The notes beneath the pieces are model-generated. The model made no database searches. It was not told the origin of the DNA and saw only the letters and a list, made by a program, of their open reading frames with translations. DNA of 63,553 bases, the filler included, from Phoronis australis (Eukaryota > Animalia > Phoronida), in NCBI GenBank assembly GCA_002633005.1. It is 10 parts of 10 records of this genome, joined end to end, with 100 filler letters (N's around TTAATTAATTAA, not from the genome) between each part and the next. Parts side by side here need not be neighbours in the genome. Positions count along the whole stretch, not along the records: positions 29,881 to 38,267 come from NMRA01000543.1; positions 38,368 to 44,529 come from NMRA01002214.1; positions 44,630 to 59,018 come from NMRA01000703.1; 7 more parts are not named here. The stretch is one strand, 5' to 3'. Both the position numbers and the translations under genes were made by a program. Below are positions 36,868 through 49,024 of this stretch, in pieces (the stretch's first letter is position 1; every line of letters begins with the position of its first letter).

Positions 36868-38267
36868 ATGGCAACGGGAGACAATGAGAGTTACAAGATA
36901 ATCACCATGAATGCTGACGGTAAGAAAGGCACTGTGGTAGACAGATATAATTATATTTATAAACTACTACAAGACAAACAGCCTGATTTAGTGTTCGTGC
37001 AAGAGTTATCCAGCTTCAAAAAGTTGAATGACTACGTCAACGAAAGGGCAGAAGATTTAGGACCCGGTTCATACGTCATGGTGCAAGGAGTGAAAGACAA
37101 GGCTGGGGGATACAGTGGTTTCATTTTCAATGAGAACAGTCTTGTTGTCGAACCACAAGATTTCCGCAAAACATATCACCAATTAAAAGATGATGGACAG
37201 CTGACAGACGCTGGCGAATTTCCAACCAGGCTGTTTATTAGGAGGGTGCACTCAAAAGGTAAACCTGATATAAACCTACTTGTCGCTACCTATCATGGCC
37301 GGCAGAATGTGGAAGCAGCTGAGAAAAAAAGAGTCTTCAAGCAACTTGTTACACTGCTGAAAAAAGAAAGTAGAATCTCGCAATGCAATATACTTGTAGG
37401 AGGCGACTTCAATGTTCCAAGTGAAGACGTGCAAGATATTTTGGACAAAGACTTCCCAGAGTATCATGTGTATACTGAGCAGCCAACTGAAAGGAAAAAG
37501 GGAATGGTGGACTATTTTATATTCAATGGAGAAAACAGCGATGTTCACAATGTAGAGGTGGGGGAGAAGAGTGACTGCTTGGACCACAGACAAGTATTTG
37601 CAGAAGTCCGGGGCAACCCAGGAACCAGAAAGGATACTCTGAACTCAAATCACAATAATAACAAACTAACATCCACCAAGCACGCCAATTCTGAACCCCA
37701 ACTAAATTTGACTTGCACCGTTTGCGACCGAATTTGCAAGAGTGGGGCCGGTCTGGCATCACACATGCGCACGCATCAGGGTTCGCGACCTGTAGAGCCT
37801 GATCGTACCACTCCCAACAAACCGAATCAATCTAACATTGACCAAATCCCTAAGCATGTCAATCCCAAAACCCAACAGAATTTGATTTGCACCGAATGCG
37901 GCCGCCTTTGCAAGAGTGGGGCTGGTCTGGCATCACATATGCGGACGCATCACGTTTCACCAGATCAAGCTGATAGTACCACTCCAAATACTCAGTATCA
38001 ATCTAACAATTACCAAATCCCCAAGCACGCCAATCCTGAACCCCAACTAAATTTGACTTGCACCGTTTGCAACCGAATTTGCAAGGGTGTGGCCGGTCTG
38101 ACATCACACATGCACACACATCAGGGTTCACCAGCTATAGAGCCTGATCGTACCACTCCCAACAATCCGTATCAATCTAACACTGACCAAATCGCTGAGC
38201 ATGTCAATCCCAAAACCAAACAGAATTTGATTTGCACCGAATGCGGCCGCCTTTGCAAGAGTGGGGC
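36868..38267 (+). CDS. EEP (DNase I/APE-fold) nuclease-phosphatase domain + spaced C2H2 zinc fingers, 3'-truncated by contig end
   Basis: Open for over 460 codons; motifs ITMNADG, PDLVFVQE, VATYHG, VGGDFN, VDYF, LDH; then CxxC.R.CKSGAGLASHMRTH-type fingers (three complete, one cut); strong acceptor at 36778 and aagATGG start. Confidence 0.85.
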
Positions 38268-38367
38268 NNNNNNNNNNNNNNNNNNNNNNNNNNNNNNNNN
38301 NNNNNNNNNNNTTAATTAATTAANNNNNNNNNNNNNNNNNNNNNNNNNNNNNNNNNNNNNNNNNNNN

Positions 38368-38481
38368 TATGGAGCCTTGGACAGATGTGTGCCTATGGAG
38401 CCTTGGACAGATGTGTGCCTATGGAGCCTTGGACAGATGTGTGACTATGGAGCCTTGGACAGATGTGTGCCTATGGAGCCT
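38368..38481. repeat. 26-bp minisatellite TATGGAGCCTTGGACAGATGTGTGCC (second copy 39925-40065)
   Basis: Directly visible. Confidence 0.95.
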
Positions 38482-41137
38482 TCGACAATTGATAATGAAT
38501 GTCAGAGTAATCCGAATACCACAGTCCACTGTGCCCCCTAGTGGCATTTTTTTCATTTGCTTCTGTATCTTCAGAGTTCATTAATGCATGTTTTTGACAT
38601 CTACCAGTCTCTACCTGTTAAACTGGTCAGATGATCATTAAAAAATGGGCGGGATGTTGATCAGAAGACTGTGGCTGACATTGATTTTTACATTTGTTCA
38701 CCCCCTAGTGGCAATTTTGTTTTTTTTTTCATCCGTGGCTGTGTCTCTTTAAAGTGAACTTGCAGACTAATTACTTATCTCTTTGACTGCTTGGACAAAT
38801 TAGTTAGAAACACAACATATAGGGATGATGTGAATATAAAGTAGTGTTTTGGTTTAGTGTTGGGGAATAACACTGCTTGATGTGAGCTATGTAAGCCCCG
38901 AAGGTATGTCATTAGGTCAGAGGTCACCTATTTGCAAATTTTTTTGTTTTTGCATTTTACAATTTGTCAATGAATACAGCTGTACTTTGTTTACCCTAGA
39001 TGATGTTCAAACAGCATTGTCGTTTAGTTCCTGCTATAGACTAGCATAGTTAGGAGCATGCTAATACATCTTTAATCCTTTGAATGTTCTTTGCAAAATT
39101 TGGTTTATGTGATCCTAGAAAGATGGCAATGGGTGACGATCACTTTGAGACCATTTGTACTAACGGCTGTTTCTGCTTGTGTCAGTTTTAGTCATGTGAC
39201 ATTTGCCCCCATATCTTTTGAGTTCAGAAATGGATTTTTATGTGCCCACATATTTATGTCATCTCTGTCTGGGCATCCGGTGTCCGTGGCTGTACCTCTA
39301 AACGCCTTGCAGGATCTTATTGAAATTTGCCTGGTGTGTTTCTGTGGGGTAGACGACAGAGGATGACTAGTTTCAAAGGGATCCGAATACCACTGTGCCC
39401 TCTTGTGGCAACTTTAGTTTTTTAGGTTTGCCTCTGTATCTTCAAAGGTCCTCAACTGATTTTCATGAAATTTGGCACATAGGCAGCTATCCTCCAGTTT
39501 TCGATGGATTCGAGGCGTCTAGTGGCCATTCTATTTTAGAGTTTGTTTTTGGCNNNNNNNNNNNNNNNNNNNNNNNNNNNNNNNNNNNNNNNNNNNNNNN
39601 NNNNNNNNNNNNNNNNNNNNNNNNNNNNNNNNNNNNNNNNNNNNNNNNNNNNNNNNNNNNNNNNNNNNNNNNNNNNNNNNNNNNNNNNNNNNNNNNNNNN
39701 NNNNNNNNNNNNNNNNNNNNNNNNNNNNNNNNNNNNNNNNNNNNNNNNNNNNNNNNNNNNNNNNNNNNNNNNNNNNNNNNNNNNNNNNNNNNNNNNNNNN
39801 NNNNNNNNNNNNNNNNNNNNNNNNNNNNNNNNNNNNNNNNNNNNNNNNNNNNNNNNNNNNNNNNNNNNNNNNNNNNNNNNNNNNNNNNNNNNNNNNNNNN
39901 NNNNNNNNNNNNNNNNNNNNNNNNCTATGGAGCCTTGGACAGATGTGTGCCTATGGAGCCTTGGACAGATGTGTGCCTATGGAGCCTTGGACAGATGTGT
40001 GCCTATGGAGCCTTGGACAGATGTGTGACTATGGAGCCTTGGACAGATGTGTGCCTATGGAGCCTTCGACAATTGATAATGAATGTCAGAGTAATCCGAA
40101 TACCACAGTCCACTGTGCCCCCTAGTGGCATTTTTTTCATTTGCTTCTGTATCTTCAGAGTTCATTAATGCATGTTTTTGACATCTACCAGTCTCTACCT
40201 GTTAAACTGGTCAGATGATCATTAAAAAATGGGCGGGATGTTGATCAGAAGACTGTGGCTGACATTGATTTTTACATTTGTTCACCCCCTAGTGGCAATT
40301 TTGTTTTTTTTTTCATCCGTGGCTGTGTCTCTTTAAAGTGAACTTGCAGACTAATTACTTATCTCTTTGACTGCTTGGACAAATTAGTTAGAAACACAAC
40401 ATATAGGGATGATGTGAATATAAAGTAGTGTTTTGGTTTAGTGTTGGGGAATAACACTGCTTGATGTGAGCTATGTAAGCCCCGAAGGTATGTCATTAGG
40501 TCAGAGGTCACCTATTTGCAAATTTTTTTGTTTTTGCATTTTACAATTTGTCAATGAATACAGCTGTACTTTGTTTACCCTAGATGATGTTCAAACAGCA
40601 TTGTCGTTTAGTTCCTGCTATAGACTAGCATAGTTAGGAGCATGCTAATACATCTTTAATCCTTTGAATGTTCTTTGCAAAATTTGGTTTATGTGATCCT
40701 AGAAAGATGGCAATGGGTGACGATCACTTTGAGACCATTTGTACTAACGGCTGTTTCTGCTTGTGTCAGTTTTAGTCATGTGACATTTGCCCCCATATCT
40801 TTTGAGTTCAGAAATGGATTTTTATGTGCCCACATATTTATGTCATCTCTGTCTGGGCATCCGGTGTCCGTGGCTGTACCTCTAAACGCCTTGCAGGATC
40901 TTATTGAAATTTGCCTGGTGTGTTTCTGTGGGGTAGACGACAGAGGATGACTAGTTTCAAAGGGATCCGAATACCACTGTGCCCTCTTGTGGCAACTTTA
41001 GTTTTTTAGGTTTGCCTCTGTATCTTCAAAGGTCCTCAACTGATTTTCATGAAATTTGGCACATAGGCAGCTATCCTCCAGTTTTCGATGGATTCGAGGC
41101 GTCTAGTGGCCATTCTATTTTAGAGTTTGTTTTTGGC
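38368..41137. repeat. Apparently identical ~1.19-kb direct duplication (offset 1584) on both sides of an N-gap; probable assembly artefact
   Basis: 38368-39553 recurs at 39952-41137; ORFs 39091 and 40675 are identical. Confidence 0.85.
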
Positions 41138-41572
41138 ATCCACCCCTCTATCAATCAAACTACTCTAAGGATGATTGTGAAAACTGGCATGTATGTTCGT
41201 ACTATGAAGAAGACGGTTGACGAAGATTTTCCGATGGCTTCGACTACTGTGGTGCCTCCTAGTGGCAGTTTTTTTTGTTGTGCCCATAGCTGTATCTCCT
41301 AAGCCCTCTGCAGGATCTTTATTAAATTTAGCACGTGTAATACGGAAGACGATGACTTTCCGCAGGCGGATCCAGTGAATGCTGTGCCCCCTAATGGCAA
41401 AATTTCAATTTTTTCCTTTTTCTTCTCGACGGATTTTTATGAAATTTGGTAAATTTATAGCTTTCTGTTAAAAGAAACGGTGACAATTTCCTGTTTTTGT
41501 GGCCATTTTTATGATACAAAGAAACACCCCTAGAAGCACACCGTTTGCAGTGCATTTGTGGGTGCATTCAAG
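40819..41572 (+). mobile_element. HINE copy of the CTCF-motif family, lacking the terminal hairpin
   Basis: Begins TTTTTATGTGCCCACAT, GTCC-rich tract, repeat units with CCTAGTGGC, ends TGTGGGTGCAT. Confidence 0.7.
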
Positions 41573-41599
41573 CCTCTATTAAGTTGACAATGCCTTTCC

Positions 41600-43731
41600 A
41601 TTTTTTGACGTATTCTGCGCCACCTAGTGGCAATTTTCATTATTTTGGGTTTGTTTTTTTTTGCTTTGGGTCTCTTTATCTGCCAAACTGCTCAGAGAAT
41701 TCTTATGAAACCTAGTGGTTGTTTTCCTGATGAGAAGATCATGGCTGACGTTGGTTTTTGGAAGGGTTTGAAAACTGTGTTGTCCCCTTGCAGTGAATTT
41801 CCTTTTTTGTGATAATGGCTGTAGCTCCTGTGTCCTGTGCAGGATCTTTATAAAGTTTTGTTAGTAGGTGTTTCCTATAAATGCGACACTGACTGCTCAC
41901 AGCTTCTTGCACTGACTACTGAAGTGTCTTCTAGTGACATTATTTTTTATTTCTATGTGTGCCTCTCTATCTTCAGAGTTCCTTGATGTTTTCTTATGAA
42001 GTTTGGCACACAAGTTTCCTTTATGAATATGACAGCACAGTTTCATTTTGGAATGAAAATGAATTTGACACATTCTGCGCCACCTAAGAGCTATTTCACT
42101 ATTTCCGAATGCCAAACCACTTGGAGCATCGCTATGATAATTAGCAGATGTAATCCTACTGACAAGATTATGTCTGACACAGATACAGCTTCTGTAGTGA
42201 CCCCTAGTGGCATTTTTTTATTTGCGGATGTATCTAGTAAACCCCTGTAAGATCACAATTAGGTTAGTGTGACTTGACAACAGATGGACGGATGTGACTG
42301 CAACTGCCCTTATAATGACAATCATTTTTTATGTTTGCCTCTGTTCTTTGGCATATCATAGTGAAATTTAACAATTTTCTTTGTATTAGACTTAGAGAGA
42401 TGAGATGATGGCACCTTCCAGTTTGAGGTATTCTGTACCAGCCATATTTATACTAAAAACACCCCTAGAAGCATTAATTCTCTTATGAAAAAGAAAGTGA
42501 GAATCTCACTGGAGTCCAGTTAGATTCTCAATAAATCACCCTTAGTTAGAAATGCCAGTGAGAATTAATCCAATGGGAATTGAACAGCTGTGGGAGTCAG
42601 TGAGAAAATAATGAGAAAAAGTTATGTAACGGTGAGAATCCAGTGAGAATTGTGGTCCTACGAAAATTTCTGAGTGAGAATTGAGTGAGAATTTGGACTT
42701 GCCAAAATTGGAGTAAGAATTCAGTAAGAATTTAATATAAGCAAACACAGGCTGATTGGCTGCATCCTGTGGTGATTTCAGTTGAACCAGATTTCTGAAT
42801 TCAAACTAAAATGGCGCCAGGAATGAGTTTGAAGATTGTTGACGTTTTTCTCACAAAAATTGTGAAATTACTGAACAGTTTGCCTGCAAGTCAAGCAGAA
42901 GGGATCCTGGAGTGAACTTGTGTGTTAATATGCTTAAGGTTAGTACATGTCATACATCTAGCAGAGTGCATGAAGCACGAGTATTAGACTGACATCCCAT
43001 GTTGTAAGCTGACTTTTTTGTATTTTGCTGATTCACCAAAGGCCTTAAAATTGTTAGTTTATGTCTGTTATATTTCACAATTTGCAATTAAATTGTATCG
43101 AGTCAAATTTCAAGATAAACTCACAAAAATAACAAGTGTTTTGCATGCTATGAACATTCCCACTAAATAAAATTGGTTCTAACCCCGGTGTTTAAGGTAA
43201 ACGGCGGGGTATGGAAANCTGATAAGAGTGAAGGTGGATAAATGCGGTGTTCCTACAGTTTCTTGTTTTAGTGGATGTGTTCACGACATGGGTTACCTGT
43301 AAATCTTTGAACACTCGTCTATTCATTCAGTGGCAAGTGCACACACAAAATTTTCTAAGTTCAAAATTCTAACCCAGTGAGATTTTTACTCAGTGAGAAT
43401 TTCAGTAAAGCAAGTTCTCACTAATTTGCATAGCATTCTAACTCGATAAGAATTTCAGTCAAACAAATTCTCACTAAGTGGGAATGCTATGCAAAGTAAT
43501 TAGATTCTCACTGAATTCTAACTGGAATATCACTGTATTCTCACTAGAGTGAGACTTTTTTCTCACTAATTTAAATGGCATCTCAATTAGTTAGATTCTC
43601 ATGCACTGGAATCTCACTGGAATCCAGTGAGATTCTCACTGACTTTCGGGATGAGAATTATTCCTTAACTTTTTCATATCATTTGCAGTGCAGTTGTGAC
43701 TGCATTTCAACGCTATGCGTTGTTCTTGTTT
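41600..43731 (+). mobile_element. Older degenerate HINE copy whose 3' box is split by an insertion
   Basis: Decayed CCTAGTGGC units; AACACCCCTAGAAGCA at ~42460 resumes at ~43677 as TTTGCAGTGCA..CAACGC-TAT-GCGTTG-TTCTTGTTT. Confidence 0.6.
42477..43658. mobile_element. Non-autonomous TIR element with many GTGAGAAT/ATTCTCAC subterminal repeats, TA-flanked
   Basis: Ends ATTCTC..AGTGAGAATCTCACTGGA.TCCAGT and its reverse complement. Confidence 0.7.
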
Positions 43732-43813
43732 GGTAATTATTTTTGTCCGAAATTGGTGACTAACCATGCATGCAGTACATACAGTTAGCTTACCATTGGA
43801 ATTTTGTACTTAG

Positions 43814-43987
43814 GGACAAAGTACAACTTTTCTGTACCCGCAACGGGAACAGCGATAACAACACCTCTTTTGGGACAGCTGTATCCAAGGACAGTTTATG
43901 ATGTCTATGTTACGGCCGTCACGCGGTACAAGGATGGAGAAGCACCCACTGACTTCCAACGTCATCGTTTTAAAACCAAGTCAGTTG
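43814..43987 (+). CDS. Exon encoding the C-terminal half of a fibronectin type III domain (gene unidentified)
   Basis: AG|..LGQLYPRTVYDVYVTAVT..FKT..|GTGAGT; 174 bp, phase 1-1; L.P.T.Y.V.V.A motif. Confidence 0.75.
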
Positions 43988-44149
43988 GTGAGTGTGCTGC
44001 ACAGAATTTCTGGTAAAAGATTTACATGATTATGTTAGATTTCCTGTTGGACATTATGTATTTTAGACGTTATTTGTGTAGTATATTACTTGGGCTATGA
44101 CTGGCAACACTTACCAACATTACGGGCTCATCTTCCTTGCTCACAATGC

Positions 44150-44310
44150 CTTTGTTCTCTATCTCTGTCAATATATGCCTATGTTCTCTATTTCCCCCAA
44201 TATATACCTTTGTTCTCTGTCTCTGTCAATATATGCCTATGTTCTCTATTTCCCCCAATATATACCTTTGTTCTCTATCTCTGTCAATATATGCCTATGT
44301 TCTCTATGTC
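44150..44310. repeat. 58-bp tandem repeat (two 29-bp subunits), ~2.7 copies
   Basis: CTTTGTTCTCT.TCTCTGTCAATATATGCCTATGTTCTCTAT repeated. Confidence 0.9.
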
Positions 44311-44629
44311 CACATTTTACACTCTGTTTCTAGTGAAGTCTCACCAAGTTAGGGTGCCGTAATATGCCATAAATATGAAATTCAGTTTTTCAACCACTTA
44401 GCATCAAATAAATGATTCATGGTTTTTGTAGCATTTACAGCTACCATCCTGCTATGTATTGTCATTGGTGAGATTTCCCTGTGCCTGTATAGCTGAGCGT
44501 ATATTGAAAACACCTTGTAAAATTGAATANNNNNNNNNNNNNNNNNNNNNNNNNNNNNNNNNNNNNNNNNNNNTTAATTAATTAANNNNNNNNNNNNNNN
44601 NNNNNNNNNNNNNNNNNNNNNNNNNNNNN

Positions 44630-44940
44630 ACACAATGACTCGCAAACTAAACAGCATCACAAAATGACTCGCACACTAAACAGCATCACACAATGACTCG
44701 CACACTAAACAGCATCACACAATGACTCGCACACTAAACAACATCACAAAATGACTCGCACACTAAACAACATCACACAATGACTCGCACACTAAACAAC
44801 ATCACACAATGACTCACACACTAAACAACATCACTCAATAACTCATACACTAAAAAACATCACACAATGACTCACACACTAAACATCACCCAATGACTCA
44901 TACACTAAACATAATACAACGACTCATACACTAAACAACG
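44630..44940. repeat. 29-bp minisatellite ACACAATGACTCGCACACTAAACA(G/A)CATC
   Basis: About 11 copies, decaying to the right. Confidence 0.95.
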
Positions 44941-45156
44941 TAATATGATAAAACTTCATTAGTTTGGGAAAGTGGAAAAATAATTATTTTGCTGAAGGTC
45001 GTAACTCTTATAAACAACAAAAAGAGCCATGATCCTGAGCCGCCTGTACGAGCGCATACTAACTGGAGTCAATTGGAAGTTCTTATATCGAAACAAAGCT
45101 TTCTGAATCACAAAATAATACACAATCAATGTATAATTAATACATCCATCACAAAC

Positions 45157-45783
45157 CTTCATCCCGCGTACTCCTCTGCCTAAAGGATGACTCCCCGGGA
45201 CATGACGTACCAAACATATTAGTGGATTTAAGAGCTGTGTCCGAGAAATTGGCTTGGCCAGCTGTTTGGCCAGTCGTCATATCTGATCGCGACCTAGCAT
45301 GAAGCACTTTCCTATAGGTCCTTGATTGGCTAGTCAATACACTGCTACTACTCCTATGCCATTGGATCTCTTCAGGTGGAGCATTCGCTTTTTCTTCGTT
45401 TATAAACACGTCACCCTCCGACTCTTCGTTGTTAAGTATATTGTCCAGTACACCAGACAACTCACTGGCCTGCCGCTGTAATGTTGGTGTGGAATTGCTC
45501 TTGTGAATCGTGGGCGGCCGCGACTGTTTCTTTCGATGCTCCGGGTGACTTGACTTGCGTGACCGGCGACGCGATGTGGACCGACTGCTGGACTTGTGGA
45601 GAGCAAGGAAATCACTTGCACGTGTTGAGCTAAACTCCATATTCATGAGAGGGTCGCTGTTGAAGGTCGCGTACATGGGGTAGTCATCTGATCCGTTGGA
45701 GTTGATTCTGCTGTCTGATTTGGCCAAGACTGATAGCAGCGCCTCTTTTGCACTCTGTCTTCCTTCTGTGCCTGGACTTGAGC
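45157..45783 (-). CDS. Large Ser/Arg-rich internal coding exon (possibly Rubicon-like; unconfirmed)
   Basis: 627 bp open, phase 1-1, TTTAAG| acceptor and GAAG|GTTTGT donor; contains HARSRSD and ends STRDEG. Confidence 0.6.
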
Positions 45784-46436
45784 CTTAAATTGTGATTCAA
45801 AGCTGTGACTTTTTTAATCAGCATGGCTAAGGTGAACAAATTATATAATTTAGGACACAGTAAATAATTGCTAACAAGTAAGAACATCATCAAATTTCTC
45901 ATAAAAATCGTAAACGAAAACTTTTGTTTCCGTAGTAACATGATCTGTATACTAACGTCGACACGACAATGTTTTGGTGAGTTGCACTCAGAGTGAACCG
46001 TTTACTTCAGTCTCATCTAAGTTATCAACAGGGGTCACTGCTGTTGTGACAATCTCAATGATGGCAGTGTCACCTATAAAGCTTCGCTCATACCCAAGTT
46101 AAGATAGTATGAAAAGCCTTTATTTATAGCTTTCACCAATATTAGAGAAATATTTAGCATTTGCTGAGACAGATGCAGTAAGATAACTTTGAAACAATGA
46201 CAAATTACCCAAATGGTTTTCTTTATAATTGAAGAATTTATACCATAGCAAAATTTACACTTCACTTAAAAAAATGTAATTAACGATAAAGCAAGGTAAT
46301 AATGGCATACAAGCTCTGTCAGTGTAAGTTGGAACACTCAGCTGGAGGTCAAACATAAAAAGTTGAATTCTAACTTGGGAGGTTTGTACTAGTCATTTAT
46401 TTCAAGTAAAGTGGAACAAAAATCACTGCAAGAATA

Positions 46437-48054
46437 CCATATTCGCCGTAATAACCGCCCATGCCCCTATAAGCGCCCCCCACGCGTTTTCAGCCTTTGC
46501 TCAAATAAGCGCCCAGTCCATGAACGTGCATGAGGGTCAGCCCTCTCAGCGAGCGACCGCTTCCCTATCCCAGTTGCCCGCTGTCGATCATGACAAAGCC
46601 GTCCTAACAATAGCCCTATAGTGAGCCAGCCAACCACACAAATCGCTTGTGCAGTATTACGTAAACATTAACTAGGCCTTGGGCAGACATCAGAATAGAA
46701 ATTTCAGATATAACTATTTATGCATGTGTTAAAAATTTTTGTGCTATATTGAAAATTATTGATCAAAATCGATTGAAACCCGGTCTCCGAAACGGGTGAA
46801 ATCGGAAGCGAAGATTCATAAAATTTACGCTCTGTGACGTATATGTAATCTATGAAAGACTTTCAACAAAACTGTGGTGCATTGCTATCAAAGTTTGCAG
46901 CTAAATTACGACCATTTTACAGAAAATTGTGATGAAATTCCAGGGCGAAAACTCGCCGACTGACTGCCTTGAAATCGCCGTCTTCGATATGGCGATTTCA
47001 ATGCTTGAATAAAAATGGTTTTGACTCAAGCAAATTACCTGAAATCCTCATTAAGTTTTATAAGTAGCATCTCTAAGATTTTTTAAGTTCCCGGGGAGTC
47101 TGGATTAACGGCAGGTTTAAGTACAAATCTGTGCATCTACATGTATGATCGGNNNNNNNNNNNNNNNNNNNNNNNNNNNNNNNNNNNNNNNNNNNNNNNN
47201 NNNNNNNNNNNNNNNNNNNNNNNNNNNNNNNNNNNNNNNNNNNNNNNNNNNNNNNNNNNNNNNNNNNNNNNNNNNNNNNNNNNNNNNNNNNNNNNNNNNN
47301 NNNNNNNNNNNNNNNNNNNNNNNNNNNNNNNNNNNNNNNNNNNNNNNNNNNNNNNNNNNNNNNNNNNNNNNNNNNNNNNNNNNNNNNNNNNNNNNNNNNN
47401 NNNNNNNNNNNNNNNNNNNNNNNNNNNNNNNNNNNNNNNNNNNNNNNNNNNNNNNNNNNNNNNNNNNNNNNNNNNNNNNNNNNNNNNNNNNNNNNNNNNN
47501 NNNNNNNNNNNNNNNNNNNNNNNNNNNNNNNNNNNNNNNNNNNNNNNNNNNNNNNNNNNNNNNNNNNNNNNNNNNNNNNNNNNNNNNNNNNNNNNNNNNN
47601 NNNNNNNNNNNNNNNNNNNNNNNNNNNNNNNNNNNNNNNNNNNNNNNNNNNNNNNNNNNNNNNNNNNNNNNNNNNNNNNNNNNNNNNNNNNNNNNNNNNN
47701 NNNNNNNNNNNNNNNNNNNNNNNGTCGATGTGTCTACCGAAAGGTCAGACCATAGAGTGGGACACGGTCGTCGCGAGAGAGTAGCAACGCTGTTGCGTTC
47801 TTTTTGAAGCGCTGCGTTACTTTGAAGTGTAAAGTCACGGCTAAATACAAACGTAGCAGTGCCGCTGGTGGTCTAGAAGACCCGTGCAAAACTTTTTTGA
47901 TAAATTGAAGACGTTACTGTAGCCGAGTTTTAGGACTGTAGGTACGTCATTGTTCCCGTGTACACGTTCATGGACTGGGCACTTATTTCAGCAAAGTCTG
48001 AAAACGCGTGGGGTGCGCTTATAGGGGCATGGGCGGTTATTACGGCGAATACGG
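46437..48054. mobile_element. Tc1/mariner (pogo-like) non-autonomous element, ~95-bp TIRs, TA TSD, internal gap
   Basis: TA|CCATATTCGCCGTAATAACCGCCCATGCCCCTATAAGCGC ... GCGCTTATAGGGGCATGGGCGGTTATTACGGCGAATACGG|TA. Confidence 0.85.
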
Positions 48055-49024
48055 TACATACAGTCGTTGAACGGCGAAAATTGATGCCCAACTTGCCGAG
48101 AAACAAACCTTGTCGTCACTCAGAGAAACGAAAAGTCCGAGAAAAGGAGACAGAAGTCCACTAAAAAAGATGCATACGCACAGTTCTGAGAGGTGGTACC
48201 CCGTTTTTTTAGTCCTCTCGATTTTTTTGTCCACATGGACAGAAATTCTAGCCCCCCATTTTCAAGGCTGGGCGCGCGCATGCTCGCGAGTGATTAGTCT
48301 TCTAATGGGATCAGAGAATTGTACTATCTCAGTGCACAAATGTCCTACGTATTTTAAATCAAGAGTAGCTTGAATTTGACACCAGTTACTTATTTCTCGG
48401 GAGTTTTGAGACTGCTCAGACGATGCATCATGTGGCGTACGAACTTGGAATTCAAAAACATTATCAGAATAGGTGGCCTTTGAATAGTAAAAAACTTATG
48501 ACTTTAAAAATACTGTTCTGTTTTGGCCCTAGCTATGATTATGGTATACGTAAAACATCCTTTTACAATGAACATTTCAAATGTTTAAACTTCCAACAGC
48601 CATCATCTCTTACTCGGGATAAGCGCGCTTCATGCTATCAGAGGGAAATAAAGTGTAATATTTATACTTGGGCCGAAGTTCTTCGAAAACACTGCCAACT
48701 GAAATGGACATAGATATCTAAGCTTGGCCAGCTAAAGGCTGAAAGTAGTGCTTTCCCTTGTGGTGTAGCTTGGTCTTTAGTAACAGGCAGAGGAATGCCT
48801 ATTGTTACCCAAGCCTACAGTTTAAACATCTCCACAATAGCCCTTTATTATGAAAGTCAATGCAGGCACAATAGGGTAAGGTATACAAAATCAGATAAGA
48901 GATAATGATCCCCTACAGCAGTTCTGAACCTGCTGACCAATATGTGTACCTGAGAAAAATGCCTTACCTACAGTTATAAAATTCTACAGTAACGTCTTCA
49001 ATTTATCAATATCCCACAGTCTTG

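Noticed and set aside
36868-37620. LINE ORF2 endonuclease
   Set aside because: No RT follows within the visible ORF and it has YHG instead of the usual YAP motif; kept as an unclassified EEP.
3290-38267. A multi-gene system linking Kolobok, RPN1, TAF1 and Pol X/EEP
   Set aside because: They lie on different artificially joined contigs; only the Pol X exon and EEP ORF share a contig.
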